DNA of 64,000 bases from Octopus sinensis (taxonomy: Eukaryota), in contig NC_043020.1 of assembly GCF_006345805.1 (NCBI RefSeq), positions 15,500,001-15,564,000 on the forward strand, given 5' to 3'. Below the pieces are notes generated by a model. That model ran no database searches. It was not told the DNA's origin and saw only the letters and a program-made list of their open reading frames with translations. A program made the position numbers and the translations under genes. This document shows, one piece after another, positions 26,046 through 39,649 of the stretch (the first letter of the stretch is position 1; each line of letters begins with the position of its first letter).

Positions 26046-26174
26046 TTGAGTGTAGAAATTCGGGGTGAGTACTTGATAATTATAAGCACCAGTGTATAAC
26101 GTTTGGTGGTGTTTGGTGGTGGAGTAAATTGATCAAAATAAAAATAAAAATAAAAACATGAGGCGAAGGATTCA

Positions 26175-26252
26175 GCGGTACATATGTTTCGGGCCTTTAT
26201 TAGACAGATTCATAACAAATCATAATGTATGTCTGTGGCCTTCTTCAGCCGC
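26175..26252 (-). ncRNA. Type I minimal hammerhead ribozyme
   Basis: gcgg-CTGAAGA-a-ggcc...ggcc-c-GAAA-CATATG-TA-ccgc; palindromic stem III. Confidence 0.7.
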
Positions 26253-26547
26253 GCACAACAGCTTCCACAAGGACATGTGTACTTCCGAAATTCTTGGTTG
26301 GGGATGCAAATCTTCTCGTTCCCGTACGACATAATGCGGCAGCAGCATCGAATTGAATCGTCCATCTCTTTCTTCTCTCAATGTAGCTACATTGAGAGAA
26401 GAAAGAGATGGACGATCAATTCGATGCTGCTGCCGCATTATGTCGTACGGGAACGAGAAGATTTGCATCCCCACCAGAAGTTCGGAAAGTAGTAGTAACA
26501 CATGTCCTTGTGGAAGCTGTGCAGTGCGCGCCTGAAGAAGGCCACAG
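26233..26547. mobile_element. Spacerless palindrome of about 315 bp, Penelope-like terminal repeat
   Basis: Centre atgtag|ctacat at 26386/26387; CTGAAGAAGGCC at both outer ends. Confidence 0.7.
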
Positions 26548-26548
26548 C

Positions 26549-26580
<32 letters not shown>

Positions 26581-26624
26581 CTATATATATATATATATAT
26601 AGATATATATATATATATATGTAT

Positions 26625-26684
<60 letters not shown>

Positions 26685-26685
26685 A

Positions 26686-26748
<63 letters not shown>

Positions 26749-26778
26749 GTATATCATATATATATATGTATATATATA

Positions 26779-26827
<49 letters not shown>

Positions 26828-27159
26828 ATATACATATATGTGTGTGTGTGTGGAGGCGCAATGCCCAGTGGTTAGGGCAGTGGACTTGCGGTTATAGGAT
26901 CGCGGTTTCGATTCCCAGATCGGGTGTTGTGAGTGTTTATTGAGTGAAAAGACCTAAAGCTCCACTAGGCTCCAGCAGGGAGTGATGGCGATCCTTGCTG
27001 TACTCTTTCACCGCAACTTTCTCTCACTTTTTCTTCTGTTGGCCTGCTCACTTAGCCAGCGGGGTGGCGTCATTTGAAGGCTAAAACAATACAAAGCGCA
27101 TTGTGACCAGCGATGTGCAGCAACATCTGATAGCCTGGTCAGTCATGGTGATCATGGTG

Positions 27160-27207
<48 letters not shown>

Positions 27208-27689
27208 CAAAACAAGAGAGGTGGCGAGCTGGCAGAATTGTTAGAATGCTGATAAAAATACTTAGCAGCATTTCATTTGTCTTCATGTTCCGAGTTCAAA
27301 TTCTGCTGGGGTCTAATTTGCCTTCCATCCTTCTGGGGTCAATTAAATAAGTACCAGTTGAGTACTGTGGTCGATTTAATTGACTAGCTCCCTCACACTA
27401 AATTTCAGGATCATTATTATTATTAATATTATTTATTGTTCAAGCTAGTGAGCGGGCAGAATTGTTAGGACACCGGGAAAAATGCTTAAAGGCATTTCAT
27501 CCATGTTCTGAGTTCAAATTTCATCTGAGGTCAGCTTTGCCCTCCAGCCTTTCAAGATCAATAAAATAGGTACCAGTTGAACACTGGGGTCATTTTAATT
27601 GACTAGTGCCCTCTCCCAAAAGCTTTAGGCCTTGTGCCTATAGTAGAAAGTATTATTATTACTGAGTGAGGACTGGCAATAATATTATT

Positions 27690-28254
27690 ATTATTGAGTG
27701 AGAGAGCAGCACATGCCATCAAAGTGACACTGGGGAACAAATATACGAAGCCCAGTATACCCATCATGACTACCCGTCTGATAAGGGTACACCGGGCACA
27801 TGCATCACAACCATATGTGCGTGACATGGTGATCTCATATCAAGATCAACAGCACATTACCTTGCAGGTGGGGCCCAGTTAGAATTTTCTTCTGGTCGAG
27901 TAGCCCATCCTGTACGAAAGGTCCCTGAATAAGGGCAGTTTAAGGATTTTGAACAAAACACAAATGTTTCTAGAGGTGAATGATTAAAACCTCAAAGAAT
28001 TCCTCTCAACACATGGTCATGATGCTCTCCTCACAACTCTTGCTTGTGATCAGAGATGCACATAACGTCAGCAACTAAGGGACATGCTCAACTGGTTAAG
28101 GTCAAACAACTGACAAGCAAATCTGTGGTATTGAGCAGAATATTTGCTGTAGCCTATCTTTTATACCAAGACAAAACAATGTACATGATAACACTTCCAA
28201 TCACTTAAGATCAGAAGCCATGAGAGCTCGTACCTGGTATTGCATCAGGGCAAC
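27690..28254 (-). mobile_element. About 560-bp non-coding interspersed element bounded by (TAA)n
   Basis: About 90% similar by eye to a second copy at 25140-25570; no ORF recognised. Confidence 0.6.
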
Positions 28255-28764
28255 TATTATTATTACTATTATTATTACTACTATTATTATTACTATTATT
28301 ATTACTATTATTATTATTATTATTATTATTACTATTATTATTATTACTATTATTATTATTACTATTATTATACATTATATTATTACTATTATTATTATTA
28401 TTACTATTATTATTATTATTACTATTATTATTATTATTACTATTATTATTATTACTATTATTATTATTACTATTATTATTATTACTATTATTATTACTAT
28501 TATTATTATTACTATTATTATTATTATTACTATTATTATTATTATTATTATTATTACTATTATTATTTTATTATACTACTATATTATATTATTACTATTA
28601 TTATTATTACTATTATTATTATTACTATTATTATTATTATTACTATTATTATTATTATTATTACTATTATTATTATTACTATTATTATTATTACTATTAT
28701 TATTATTATTACTATTATTATTATTATTACTATTATTATTATTACTATTATTATTATTATTATT
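28255..28764. repeat. (TAT)n-TAC compound trinucleotide array
   Basis: Seen directly; abuts the 3' end of the R4/Dong element. Confidence 0.95.
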
Positions 28765-28765
28765 C

Positions 28766-30152
28766 TATGTTTGACTTTTGCTTTATATTTGTACAAGTTG
28801 GCTCCAAGTCTCACCCAGAGACCTCAAGAGACAACAGGGTTGGAAGTTCATGTTGTTGTTATGCCTAGTGTGCCATATATTTGGGGGGTGGGGATGTTGT
28901 ACTAATGAATGTCTAAAAAAAAAAAGTTTTTTTTTTTTTTTTTTAAAACCGAAAATTATGGTTGTTTTAAACCTTGAGGTTACATAGAGAGTATTTTGCG
29001 TAGGATATGAGCAGTTCCCATGAGCACTATCTTTTGAACTTCTGCCATTTTTGGGTTCCTGGTATCTGAGTTAGGTAGCTATCAGCCCCTTTTGCTATCA
29101 TTCCCAGGGCACCTATGACAACAGGTATTGTTTTAGTCTTCAGCTTCCACATTTTGCTGATTTCTATTTCAAGATCTTATATTGCTCATTTTTTGGGTTT
29201 TAGGTCCTGACAGATACGTTTATATCGATTGGGACAGTCATATCAATGAGGAGGCATGTTCTTTGTTTGAAGTCTTTCAATATGATGTCTGGCCTATTTG
29301 CATCTATCTTCCTGTCAGTTTGAATGGTGAAGTTCCAAGGAGTGAGATGTGGTCATTTTCAAGCACTGGGGGTGGTTTGTGTTCCCACCAGTTTTTTCAT
29401 GGGGCAAATCCAGGTTTTTACAGATTACCCAGTGAATATATTGTGCAGCTCTATCGTGCCTGTTGAGATACTCTGTAGGCGATAGAAGACTGCACTTGGA
29501 GACCACATGGTCAATGGTTTCATTTTGTTGCTTGCATACACGACACGTTGGACTGCTTCTGATCTTAATATGTTGGCCTGGTAGTTTCTTGTTGGTAGGC
29601 ATTGATCTTGAGCTGCTATGATATAACCCCTCTGTTTCAGATTTTAAGCCAGAGGCCATTAGCCATTGATGGGTCAGGGCTTTGTCGATATCTGCATTAT
29701 TCGCTCTCTTTGGGTATTTGCCGTAGAGAGAGTTTTTCTTGCCATTTATTATTCAGAATATCTAAGGCCGGAGTTTTGGCACGGGTTTTCATGCGCCTAG
29801 CTTTTTCTGTGCTTGTTTCTTGTATGTCTATCTCTAATTCCGAATTGGTTGTATTCGGAATTCACTTAGATATTCCTTTGCCTGTTTTGTGACTGAGTAT
29901 GATGCTTTCTTGTTTTCATGTTTTGAGACAAGTTTTAACATCCAGTCCTCAGAGTTTTTCAGGTAGGTGTCTAGGCCAATTGTAGCAATCTTCATTGTTA
30001 TTGCCAGTTGCAAAAGACCACGGCCCCCCTCCTTTCTTGGCAGATAGAGTCGTTCTGTATCTGCCTTAGGGTGGTGCATTCTATGCATTGTCAACAGTTT
30101 CCTTATTTTTCTGTCGAGCTGACATATTTCAGTAATTGACCAGTTAACAATA
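28766..30152 (-). mobile_element. 5'-truncated R4/Dong-clade non-LTR retrotransposon (RT tail, CCHC knuckle, restriction-like endonuclease), frameshifted
   Basis: HPKADTERLYLPRKEGGRGL; CRVC...ETIDHVVSKC; RHD; NRPDIILKD..TCLLIDMTVP; IPVVIGALG. Confidence 0.9.
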
Positions 30153-30155
30153 TCG

Positions 30156-30860
30156 TATTATTACTATTATTATTATTACTATTATTATTACTATTATTAT
30201 TATTACTATTATTATTATTATTACTATTATTATTATTATTACTATTATTATTATTACTATTATTATTATTACTATTATTATTATTATTACTATTATTATT
30301 ATTATTACTATTATTATTATTACTATTATTATTATTATTACTATTATTATTATTACTATTATTATTATTACTATTATTATTATTACTATTATTATTACTA
30401 TTATTATTATTATTACTATTATTATTATTATTACTATTATTATTATTACTATTATTATTATTACTATTATTATTATTATTACTATTATTTTATTATACTA
30501 TTATTATTATTACTATTATTATATTATTATTACTATTATTATTATTACTATTATTATATTATACTATTATTATATTACTATTATTATTATTATTACTATT
30601 ATTATTATTACTATTATTATTATTACTATTATTATTATTATTATTATTATTACTATTATTATTATTACTATTATTATTATTATTACTATTATTATTACTA
30701 TTATTATTATTACTATTATTATTATTATTACTATTATTATTATTACTATTATTATTATTACTATTATTATTATTATTACTATTATTATTATTATTACTAT
30801 TATTATTATTACTATTATTATTATTACTATTATTATTATTATTACTATTATTATTATTAC

Positions 30861-30908
<48 letters not shown>

Positions 30909-31532
30909 TATTATTATTACTATTATTATTACTATTATTATTATTATTACTATTATTATTATTATTATACTATTTTTATATTACTCTATTATTATTATTA
31001 CTATTATTATTATTATTACTATTATTACTATTATTATATTACTATTATTATTACTATTATTATTATTACTATTATTATTATTATTACTATTATTATATTA
31101 TTACTATTATTATTATTATTACTATTATTATTATTATATTATTATTATTACTATTATTATTTATTCTTACTATTATTATTATTATTACTATATTATTATT
31201 ATTACTATTATTATTATTATTACTATATTCTATTATTATTATTACTATTATTATTATTACTATTATTATTATTACTATTATTATTACTATATTATTATTA
31301 CTATTATTATTATTATTACTATTATTATTATTATTACTATATTATTATTATTACTATTATATTATTACTATTATTATTATTACTATTATTATATTATACT
31401 ATTATTATTATTACTATTATTATTATTACTATTATTATTATTATTACTATTATTATTATATTACTATTATTATTATTACTATTATTATTATTACTATTAT
31501 TATTATATTATTACTATTATTTATTATTACTA

Positions 31533-31563
<31 letters not shown>

Positions 31564-32083
31564 ATTATTATTACTATTATTATTACTATATTATTACTAT
31601 TATTATTATTACTATTATTATTATTACTATTATTATTATTATTACTATTATTATTATTATACTATTATTATTATTACTATTATTATTATTACTATTATTA
31701 TTATTACTATTATTATTATTACTATATTATTATTACTATATTATTATTATTACTATATTATTATTATTACTATTATTATTATTACTATTATTATTATTAT
31801 ATTATATTATATTATTGTTATTACTATTATTATATTATTACTATTATTATTATTATTCTATTATTATTATTATTACTATTATTATTATTACTATTATTAT
31901 ATTACTATTATTATTATTACTATTATATATTACTATTATTATTACTATTATTATTATTTTACTATTATTATTATTATTACTATTATTATTATTATTACTA
32001 TTATTATTATTATTACTATTATTATTATTACTATTATTATTATTATTACTATTATTATTATTATTACTATTATTATTATTATT
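30156..32083. repeat. About 1.9-kb (TAT)n-TAC compound array
   Basis: Seen directly; abuts the 5' truncation of the R4/Dong element. Confidence 0.95.
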
Positions 32084-32274
32084 GTGCTTCAGAAATACAA
32101 GTAGGATAAAAACAAAAATCCATTGCCTGGAAAATGTGTAAAGTTAAGGAGCAGGAAGGGCATCTCTTTAAGAAACAATGGCTCAGTAATATATATATCT
32201 CCAGTCCAGGCTAGCATGGAAAGAACGTATGTAAACTGTAACATGACTGAATGCATGTGTATGTATGTGTTGTT

Positions 32275-32311
<37 letters not shown>

Positions 32312-32427
32312 GAAATACCCTTAAAGGTTAAATTTAGAAATAAATTTAACCTTTAAAGGTATTTTTTGATATGCTGGCCATTGATAAAATTTTTTTTTTC
32401 TCGAAAAATTTTTTATCCTACATTAGT

Positions 32428-32466
<39 letters not shown>

Positions 32467-32594
32467 GAGTCAAAAGCGGGATGGATGCTTCGATTTCGTG
32501 TTGGTGCCCCACTCTGTCGTACGTGACTATGAGGATTTGCATCCCCAACGTAAAACTTATAATGTAATATATGTCCTTGAAGTAGTAATTGTAC

Positions 32595-32682
32595 GTGGCT
32601 GAAGAAGGCCATAGACACACATTTACATCAATTATGCATTGTTATAAAGCCATCTAATAAAGGCCCGAAACATATGTACCAC
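32595..32682 (+). ncRNA. Type I minimal hammerhead ribozyme, same family as 26175-26252
   Basis: gtgg-CTGAAGA-a-ggcc...ggcc-c-GAAA-CATATG-TA-ccac. Confidence 0.7.
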
Positions 32683-32788
32683 TAAATCCTTTGAATCATG
32701 TTTTTATTTTGATTAATATATATATATATATATATATATAAGTTATATGTATATGCATGAATATATTTAGACTTGTAGATATACTTAC

Positions 32789-32855
32789 AGGATGAACAAC
32801 AGAACTGACACCACAAGCAAAGAATGGCAGAGGAGAATCACTTAGGTCTTTGCCT
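32789..32855 (-). CDS. CPOX: CPOX exon (GKDLSDSPLPFFACGVSSVVHP)
   Basis: LPF.A.GVSSV.HP motif; tttcAG acceptor, GTAAGT donor; phase 2 to 0. Confidence 0.96.
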
Positions 32856-32965
32856 CTGAAATTATAAAACGAAGATTTGTATATATATATATATAAATGT
32901 ATTGGTAAAAACGTTAAGATAACAAAAGAAAGAAAGAGACCTCAATATTATGTAAATAGAGGAAA

Positions 32966-33238
32966 TTTATCTGTAAAATAATATGTGACAATTATTTGGT
33001 AGCCAAGATAAAACTCTGAGTTTCGGATGCCAAGGTGGAAATCCACAACACCATCTCTTTAGTTATCTGGCCATCTGAAAAACATTTTTTTCAGATGGCC
33101 AAATAACTGAAGAGATGGTGTTGTGGAGATGGCCAGATAACCGAAGAGATGGTGTTGTGGATTTCCACCTCGACATCCGAAACTCAGAGTTTTATCTTGG
33201 CTATTGAATAATTGTCACATATTATTTTACAGATAAAT
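32966..33238. mobile_element. Penelope-like inverted repeat
   Basis: 32966-33078 is the reverse complement of 33092-33238 apart from an internal duplication; contains hammerhead cores. Confidence 0.6.
33102..33196 (+). ncRNA. Hammerhead-like motif with a duplicated 5' half
   Basis: ataa-CTGAAGA-gatg...catc-c-GAAA-CTCAGAG-TT-ttatc; 34-nt tandem duplication carries a second core CCGAAGA. Confidence 0.55.
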
Positions 33239-34493
33239 GTATATATATTTCAAGGTGGTGCTCCTGCATGGCCACAGTAAAAAACACCATCTGAATGTGG
33301 CCAATGCCAGAGCTTCCCACCCACCCAATGACATGGGTCTCATGGAAGCAACGACCAAGGCCTTTGGCATTATGTCATGCTTGAGAAGAAGACTCATCAA
33401 GCTGAGCAAAATGACAGTCGTTGCAGATACCGGTGTCATGCAAATGGCACCCATGCTGGTGGCACGTAAAAGCAACCATTACACTCTTGGAGTGGTTGGC
33501 GTTAGGAAGGGCATCCAGCTGTAGAAAACCATGCCAAATCAGACTGGAGTCTGGTGCAGCCTTTCCAGTGTGCCAGCCCAGTCAAACCGTCCAACCCATG
33601 GACATGGACAACAGACGTTAAATAATGATGATATAAGCACACATAAAAGATCAGAAATGTGTAACAGGCAGATGACAAGGAAATGTGTTGTGCATGTGGC
33701 CTTAGCTGGGAAAAGGTACCACAGGAAACCAAACTTTCGGAAAATATGGCTTCAAGTACCGTTAATTAGGAATAATGCATCAAGTTGTATGGATACAGAT
33801 GTTTAGGTTTTGGCTGCCGTTCAAACCAATTTAATTTACAGACACCGCATGGTGAGATGACTTATATTGCACTTAGGAAAAATAGGCGACACGTCAGACA
33901 TGCTGGCCGGAGATACATAACCACTTATCTAATGTTAGTAAAAATATAGTTTTGGCCAGTTTGGTGGTAAAAAAAAATAAAACAAAACAAAAGACGAAAC
34001 ATCCCACAAAAACAAAAGAATCTGAAATGAAACTACCCAAGCCAGGAGAGTCAGAGTTACCTCCCTTGTATTACATAGCGAAATCTTTTAGAGCTACGTC
34101 AAGAGAGAAAATTATCAACTGTTCATTCCAAAATGAAATTAACAGTCCCTGGGAGTTGGCTGGCAATGGAAAGAAAAAATAAACTACGTCAGCATGGCAG
34201 ATAGTTTGTTAAAAATATTTTGTAACTGTTTAATTTATATAATTCATGTTAAGAGAAAAACAAGTGTAAAGTACAAAAATGAATTTTAAAGAATGCAAAG
34301 AGTTGTTCAGCATTACCTCCCCTTATGTTCTTAATTCCCTCCCCTTGGTTTATTCGTAAGGAACCGATACTTCAGTGGTTTTCAAACAAGATCCGTATAA
34401 CAGCCGGGGGTCGACGCAAACGAAATAGCAAACTGGGGATCCACAGTAGTGTTTTAAGTGTCCATGAAAAAATTTTGCTAGCAAAGTTTTTTT

Positions 34494-35310
34494 GGATCTT
34501 TTCGGTTTGAACGGCAGTTTTTAACATACTTTCTAGGTAACTAAAAAAATTTTAAACTTCGTATACTGGTAGAATGTGTTTATAAAACATCTTTTTCTCT
34601 TGGCTTTCTTGAGAAAATTCTATAGTTTGTAAGATATTTGCTGTTTTTTTTCTTCAATTTCTGAAATTTCATCCAATCGATGACGTCCATTGAATTAAAA
34701 AACATTCTGTGCCGTATGAATATGTCACTCGTTTAAGAAACGGATTAGGGATCTTTTCGGTTTGAACGGCAGTTTTTAACAAATCCATTTTTTTCTCTAA
34801 TGTTTTACACAATTCGACCTATACAAATGAATTTGTGAAAAAAAAAAAATAGGTATCTTGAAAGAAGTTCTATGGAACTAGTTTTTAAACATCGAATGCT
34901 AGATGGGGGGCCACCAGAATGATATGGTAAAAGGATGGCACTCTTAGTCACTTGGCCTGCTGGAATAGCAGCCTGATCTCATTGTAATGCAAATACAGAT
35001 TGCACAATGTGGTCTCATAGACTTCTGATACACATATATACATATATATATATGCATATATATATATACACACATATATACATACCTTCGTATACTGGTA
35101 GAATGTGTTTATAAAACATCTTTTTCTCTTGGCTTTCTTGAGAAAATTCTATAGTTTGTAAGATATTTGCTGTTTTTTTTCTTCAATTTCTGAAATTTCA
35201 TCCAATCGATGACGTCCATTGAATTAAAAAACATTCTGTGCCGTATGAATATGTCACTCGTTTAAGAAACGGATTGGGGATCTTTTCGGTTTGAACGGCA
35301 GTTTTTAACA
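34494..35310. mobile_element. Partial, nested and duplicated fragments of the same MITE
   Basis: TIR starts at about 34494, 34749 and 35279; each is truncated. Confidence 0.75.
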
Positions 35311-35607
35311 AATCCATTTTTTTCTCTAATGTTTTACACAATTCGACCTATACAAATGAATTTGTGAAAAAAAAAAAATAGGTATCTTGAAAGAAGTTTC
35401 TATGGAACTAGTTTTTAAACATCGAATGCTAGATGGGGGGCACCAGAATGATATGGTAAAAGGATGGCACTCTTAGTCACTTGGCCTGCTGGAAATAGCA
35501 GCCTGATCTCATTGTAATGTAAATACAGATTGCACAATGTGGTCTCATAGACTTCTGATACACATATATACATATATATATATGCATATATATATATACA
35601 CACATAT

Positions 35608-35638
<31 letters not shown>

Positions 35639-35710
35639 CATATATATACACATACATATATACATATATATACATATATATATATACATACATATATATA
35701 TGCATAGATA

Positions 35711-36180
35711 TACGAGGGGCATTCAATAAGTAATGCCCCTGACCCACTTCCCATAGCAGTAGAGCAACGAAACTTGGCACAGTTATTAGTCTTTTTCTAC
35801 ATAGGAACCACCCAGAGTTACGCATTTCTCCCATTGCTTGATGCAGCTCTGGAGACCGTTTTTGTAGAAGACCCCAGCTTGGTCCTCCAACCTCAACGTG
35901 ACTTCAGAAATCAAGGCTGCATCATCTGGGAAACGCTTTCCTTTCAAAAACAACTTCATGACTGAGAAGAGGTGAAAATCAGAGGGTGCAAGGTCAGGAA
36001 AGTAGGGGGATGGGGAGGAGTTCATAGCCATATGCCTGTGCTTCTGATCTGGCGACAAGCGAGTTGTGGACCGGAGCGTTGTCCTGCAGGAGGAGGATGC
36101 CTTTGCTGATCTTGCCCCGCCTCTTGATTTTGATAACTTCTCTTAATTTCCTCAAAAGTGAAGCATAATAGGCTCCTGCA
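35711..36180 (-). mobile_element. mariner (DD34D) transposase 3' fragment with TIR
   Basis: [38 protein letters not shown]; TACGAGGGG terminus. Confidence 0.9.
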
Positions 36181-36458
36181 TACCAAGTATGACATCACAC
36201 CTCCCTTCCTTATTCATCTATCACCCCTTCCTTTCTCATTCATAAACACAAGAGTATTATTATAGTAGATTAACTTGGTAACCATGGGAGCTATGAAAAG
36301 AATACAAAGCCCAGCATCACCACAGGATTGTTCTACACATCTGTGTAATTTTTCGTGTAATTCCCCCCAGCCGTTTGACCATGAATCCCAAGACAAGAAA
36401 GAATCACCCATGTCAAATTTATATGTATAGATATGTGTATACATACATACATGTATAT

Positions 36459-36497
<39 letters not shown>

Positions 36498-36959
36498 TAG
36501 ATAAAAGTTACTTGGAAAAGGATGCGTGGCGTTCAATCATATAATAATATAAATAATATATAAATATTTGCATACATACATTTATGTACATACCTACATA
36601 TATGTACATACCTACATATTTATGTATATATATAAATGCATATATGGGTACAGGACATAAAAAAACGTTGAAGACAATGAGAAACGAAAACATAGAAAAA
36701 GAACATTTTTTTGAAGAACGAAAAAAACAGACAGACAAACGAGACACGCAACATAAAGAATATTCCCCTTCTTCAGTTGTCCCTGTTTCATCTACTCCGC
36801 ATTCCAAAGGCAAGGACAATATGCGACTTCGTTGAAACAGTCCTTCCCACAAAGCAAATCAAATAAAATTTGGAATTTTTTTGTGGAGGGTGAAAGTGGT
36901 AACAAGAACAGGACAGTGAGAACAAAACAGTAAAAACCAACGTTTGTTTTTACTGTCTT

Positions 36960-37650
36960 GTATGTATATTATATATATGATATATATATATATATATATA
37001 GATATATTATATATATACATATATAGAATACAGAATATATATATATACATAGATACATATATAACATATATATATAATTACATATATAGATATATTATAT
37101 ATATCTACATATATATATATATAATACATATATATATATATACATATAGATATATATACAATAGTATATAGATATACATATAAATACATATATATATATA
37201 CAGAGATATATATACATATAGATATAACATATAATATATATATACATACATATATATATATATGTATACATACATATATATATATGTATACATACATATA
37301 GATATATATGTATACATTACATAGATATAGATGTATACATACATATATATATATACATAACATATATATATCATACTATATTATATGTATACATACATAC
37401 ATATATATGTATATATGTATACATAATATATATATATATATAATAATATACATATATATATATACATACATATATATATATATGTATTACATACATATAT
37501 TATATGTATACATACATATATATATATGTATACATACATTATATATATGTATACATACAATATATATACATACATATATATATGTATACATACATACATA
37601 TATATGTATATATGTATACATATATATATATGTATACACACACATATATC
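36960..37650. repeat. Degenerate (TA)n/(CATA)n tract
   Basis: Seen directly; similar tracts at 26549-26850, 43570-43820 and 46630-46980. Confidence 0.9.
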
Positions 37651-38707
37651 TATACATATTGTTTCTAAATCTCTCTGAGGGAGACTACGGCACCAATACT
37701 GTATATTATTAGTTATCACCAAGCTAATATGGCAGTCCAGAAAAATAGGAAGATTGTAATGGACACAGGTTTGTGTGTCACATAGCTAGCTGGAGGTGAT
37801 GGCCTCTTGGAGCTAATCAACAGCAGCATTTGTCCTATATTTCTGGACTGCCCTGTGAGCTTGGCAATAACTATTAATATATATATATACATACAGGTGA
37901 TGGGCTTCCTTAATTCTCCATCTACCAAATCCACTCAATAATGCTTTGGTCAGCCTGGACCTATACAGTAGGAGACACTTGTCTGGAGTACCTTGCAGTG
38001 GGACTGAACCTGGAAACATGTGTTTGGGAAGCAAACTTCTTTTTACTACACAACCACACCTGCCCCTATAGCCACACCGGTGCCTATAGAGTAATTCTAA
38101 ATATAATCAAAATTAATGGAAGCATTTTGCTTGAATGAATGTGAAGAGAGTAAAACTGTGCCAATCGTGGGAAGCAGCTGCTGAATATAAGCAAAAGTTA
38201 TTATTTTCCACAATCTGTTCAGTAATGTTTCCCATATACATTTATATGTTTACATAGATATGTGTATGTGTGTCTGATATTTGAATATATTTTATATGGC
38301 TTGATTTCAATTTGTTCAGCATTTCTACACTGGTTGAAAGAGCAAATTGCTGCAGGCCACAGAAACACCTCGATGTCCCGGACAGGTTACAGTACGTTAA
38401 GTATATACATATTTCTTTACATGGGTGTCTTTTTACTTGTTTCAGTCATCAGGCTGTGGCCATGCTGGGGCACTGCCTTCAAAAATTTTTTATCCAAATG
38501 ATTTGACTTATTATTTTTTGAAGTCTGGCACTTACTCCACTGGTCTCTTTTGCTGAACTACTAAGTTATGGGAATGTAAACACACCAACACTGGTTGTAA
38601 AGTGATGGTGGTGGTGGGGGGACAAACTTGGACACAAAGACATGTACACACACATGCATATATATGTGTGTGTGTGTGTGTATAGAGGGAAACTGAAAGA
38701 AGCCCAT

Positions 38708-38748
<41 letters not shown>

Positions 38749-39649
38749 GGCTTCTTTTAGTTTCCATCTACAAAATCTACTCATAAGACTTAAGTTAGCC
38801 TGAGGTAATAATAGAAGACACTTACTCAAGGTGTCATGCAGTGGGACTGAACCCAGAACCATGTGGTTGGGAAGCAAGCTTCTTACTGCACAACCATATT
38901 CACAACTCATTCATTTCCTTCATGCATTTAATGTTTAAATATTCACAACCCCAATTAACTTGTAAAGAACCCTTAGAACTCATCCAAGCTTTCAATTCTC
39001 TTTTTCTCTTCTTTTTACTTGTTTCAGTCATTTGACTGCGGCCATGCTGGAGCACCGCCTTTAGTCGAGCAAATCGACCCCGGGACTTATTCTTTGTAAG
39101 CCTAGTACTTATTCTATTGGTCTCTTTTGCCGAACCGCTAAGTGACGGGGACGTAAACACACCAGCATCGGCTGTCAAGCAATGCTAGGGGGACAAACAC
39201 AGACACACAAACACACATACATATATATATATATACATATATACGACAGGCTTCTTTCAGTTTCTGTCTACCAAATCCACTCACAAGGCATTGGTCGGCC
39301 CGGGGCTATAGCAGAAGACACTTGCCCAAGATGCCACGCAGTGGGACTGAACCCGGAACCATGTGGTTGGTTAGCAAGCTACTTACCACACAGCCACTCC
39401 TGCGTCAAATTGTTGAATTTTCTTCCTATAGTGTCAATAATTATTAACAGTAGGTGCCATATGGTTTAACCCCACTTTTATCTTACAAATCTTGAGGCAT
39501 CCAAGCAAAATGGGAGCAGTTCAGAAACTTTTGGACATTGAAGATGTAGACAGATTTAACAGGGACTTTGCAGTCACACTAATGAACTCTTTATACCTAA
39601 CTAATGAAATATTCTCTACGCAGTCCCTTAGACTGCTGCAAATAAATAG

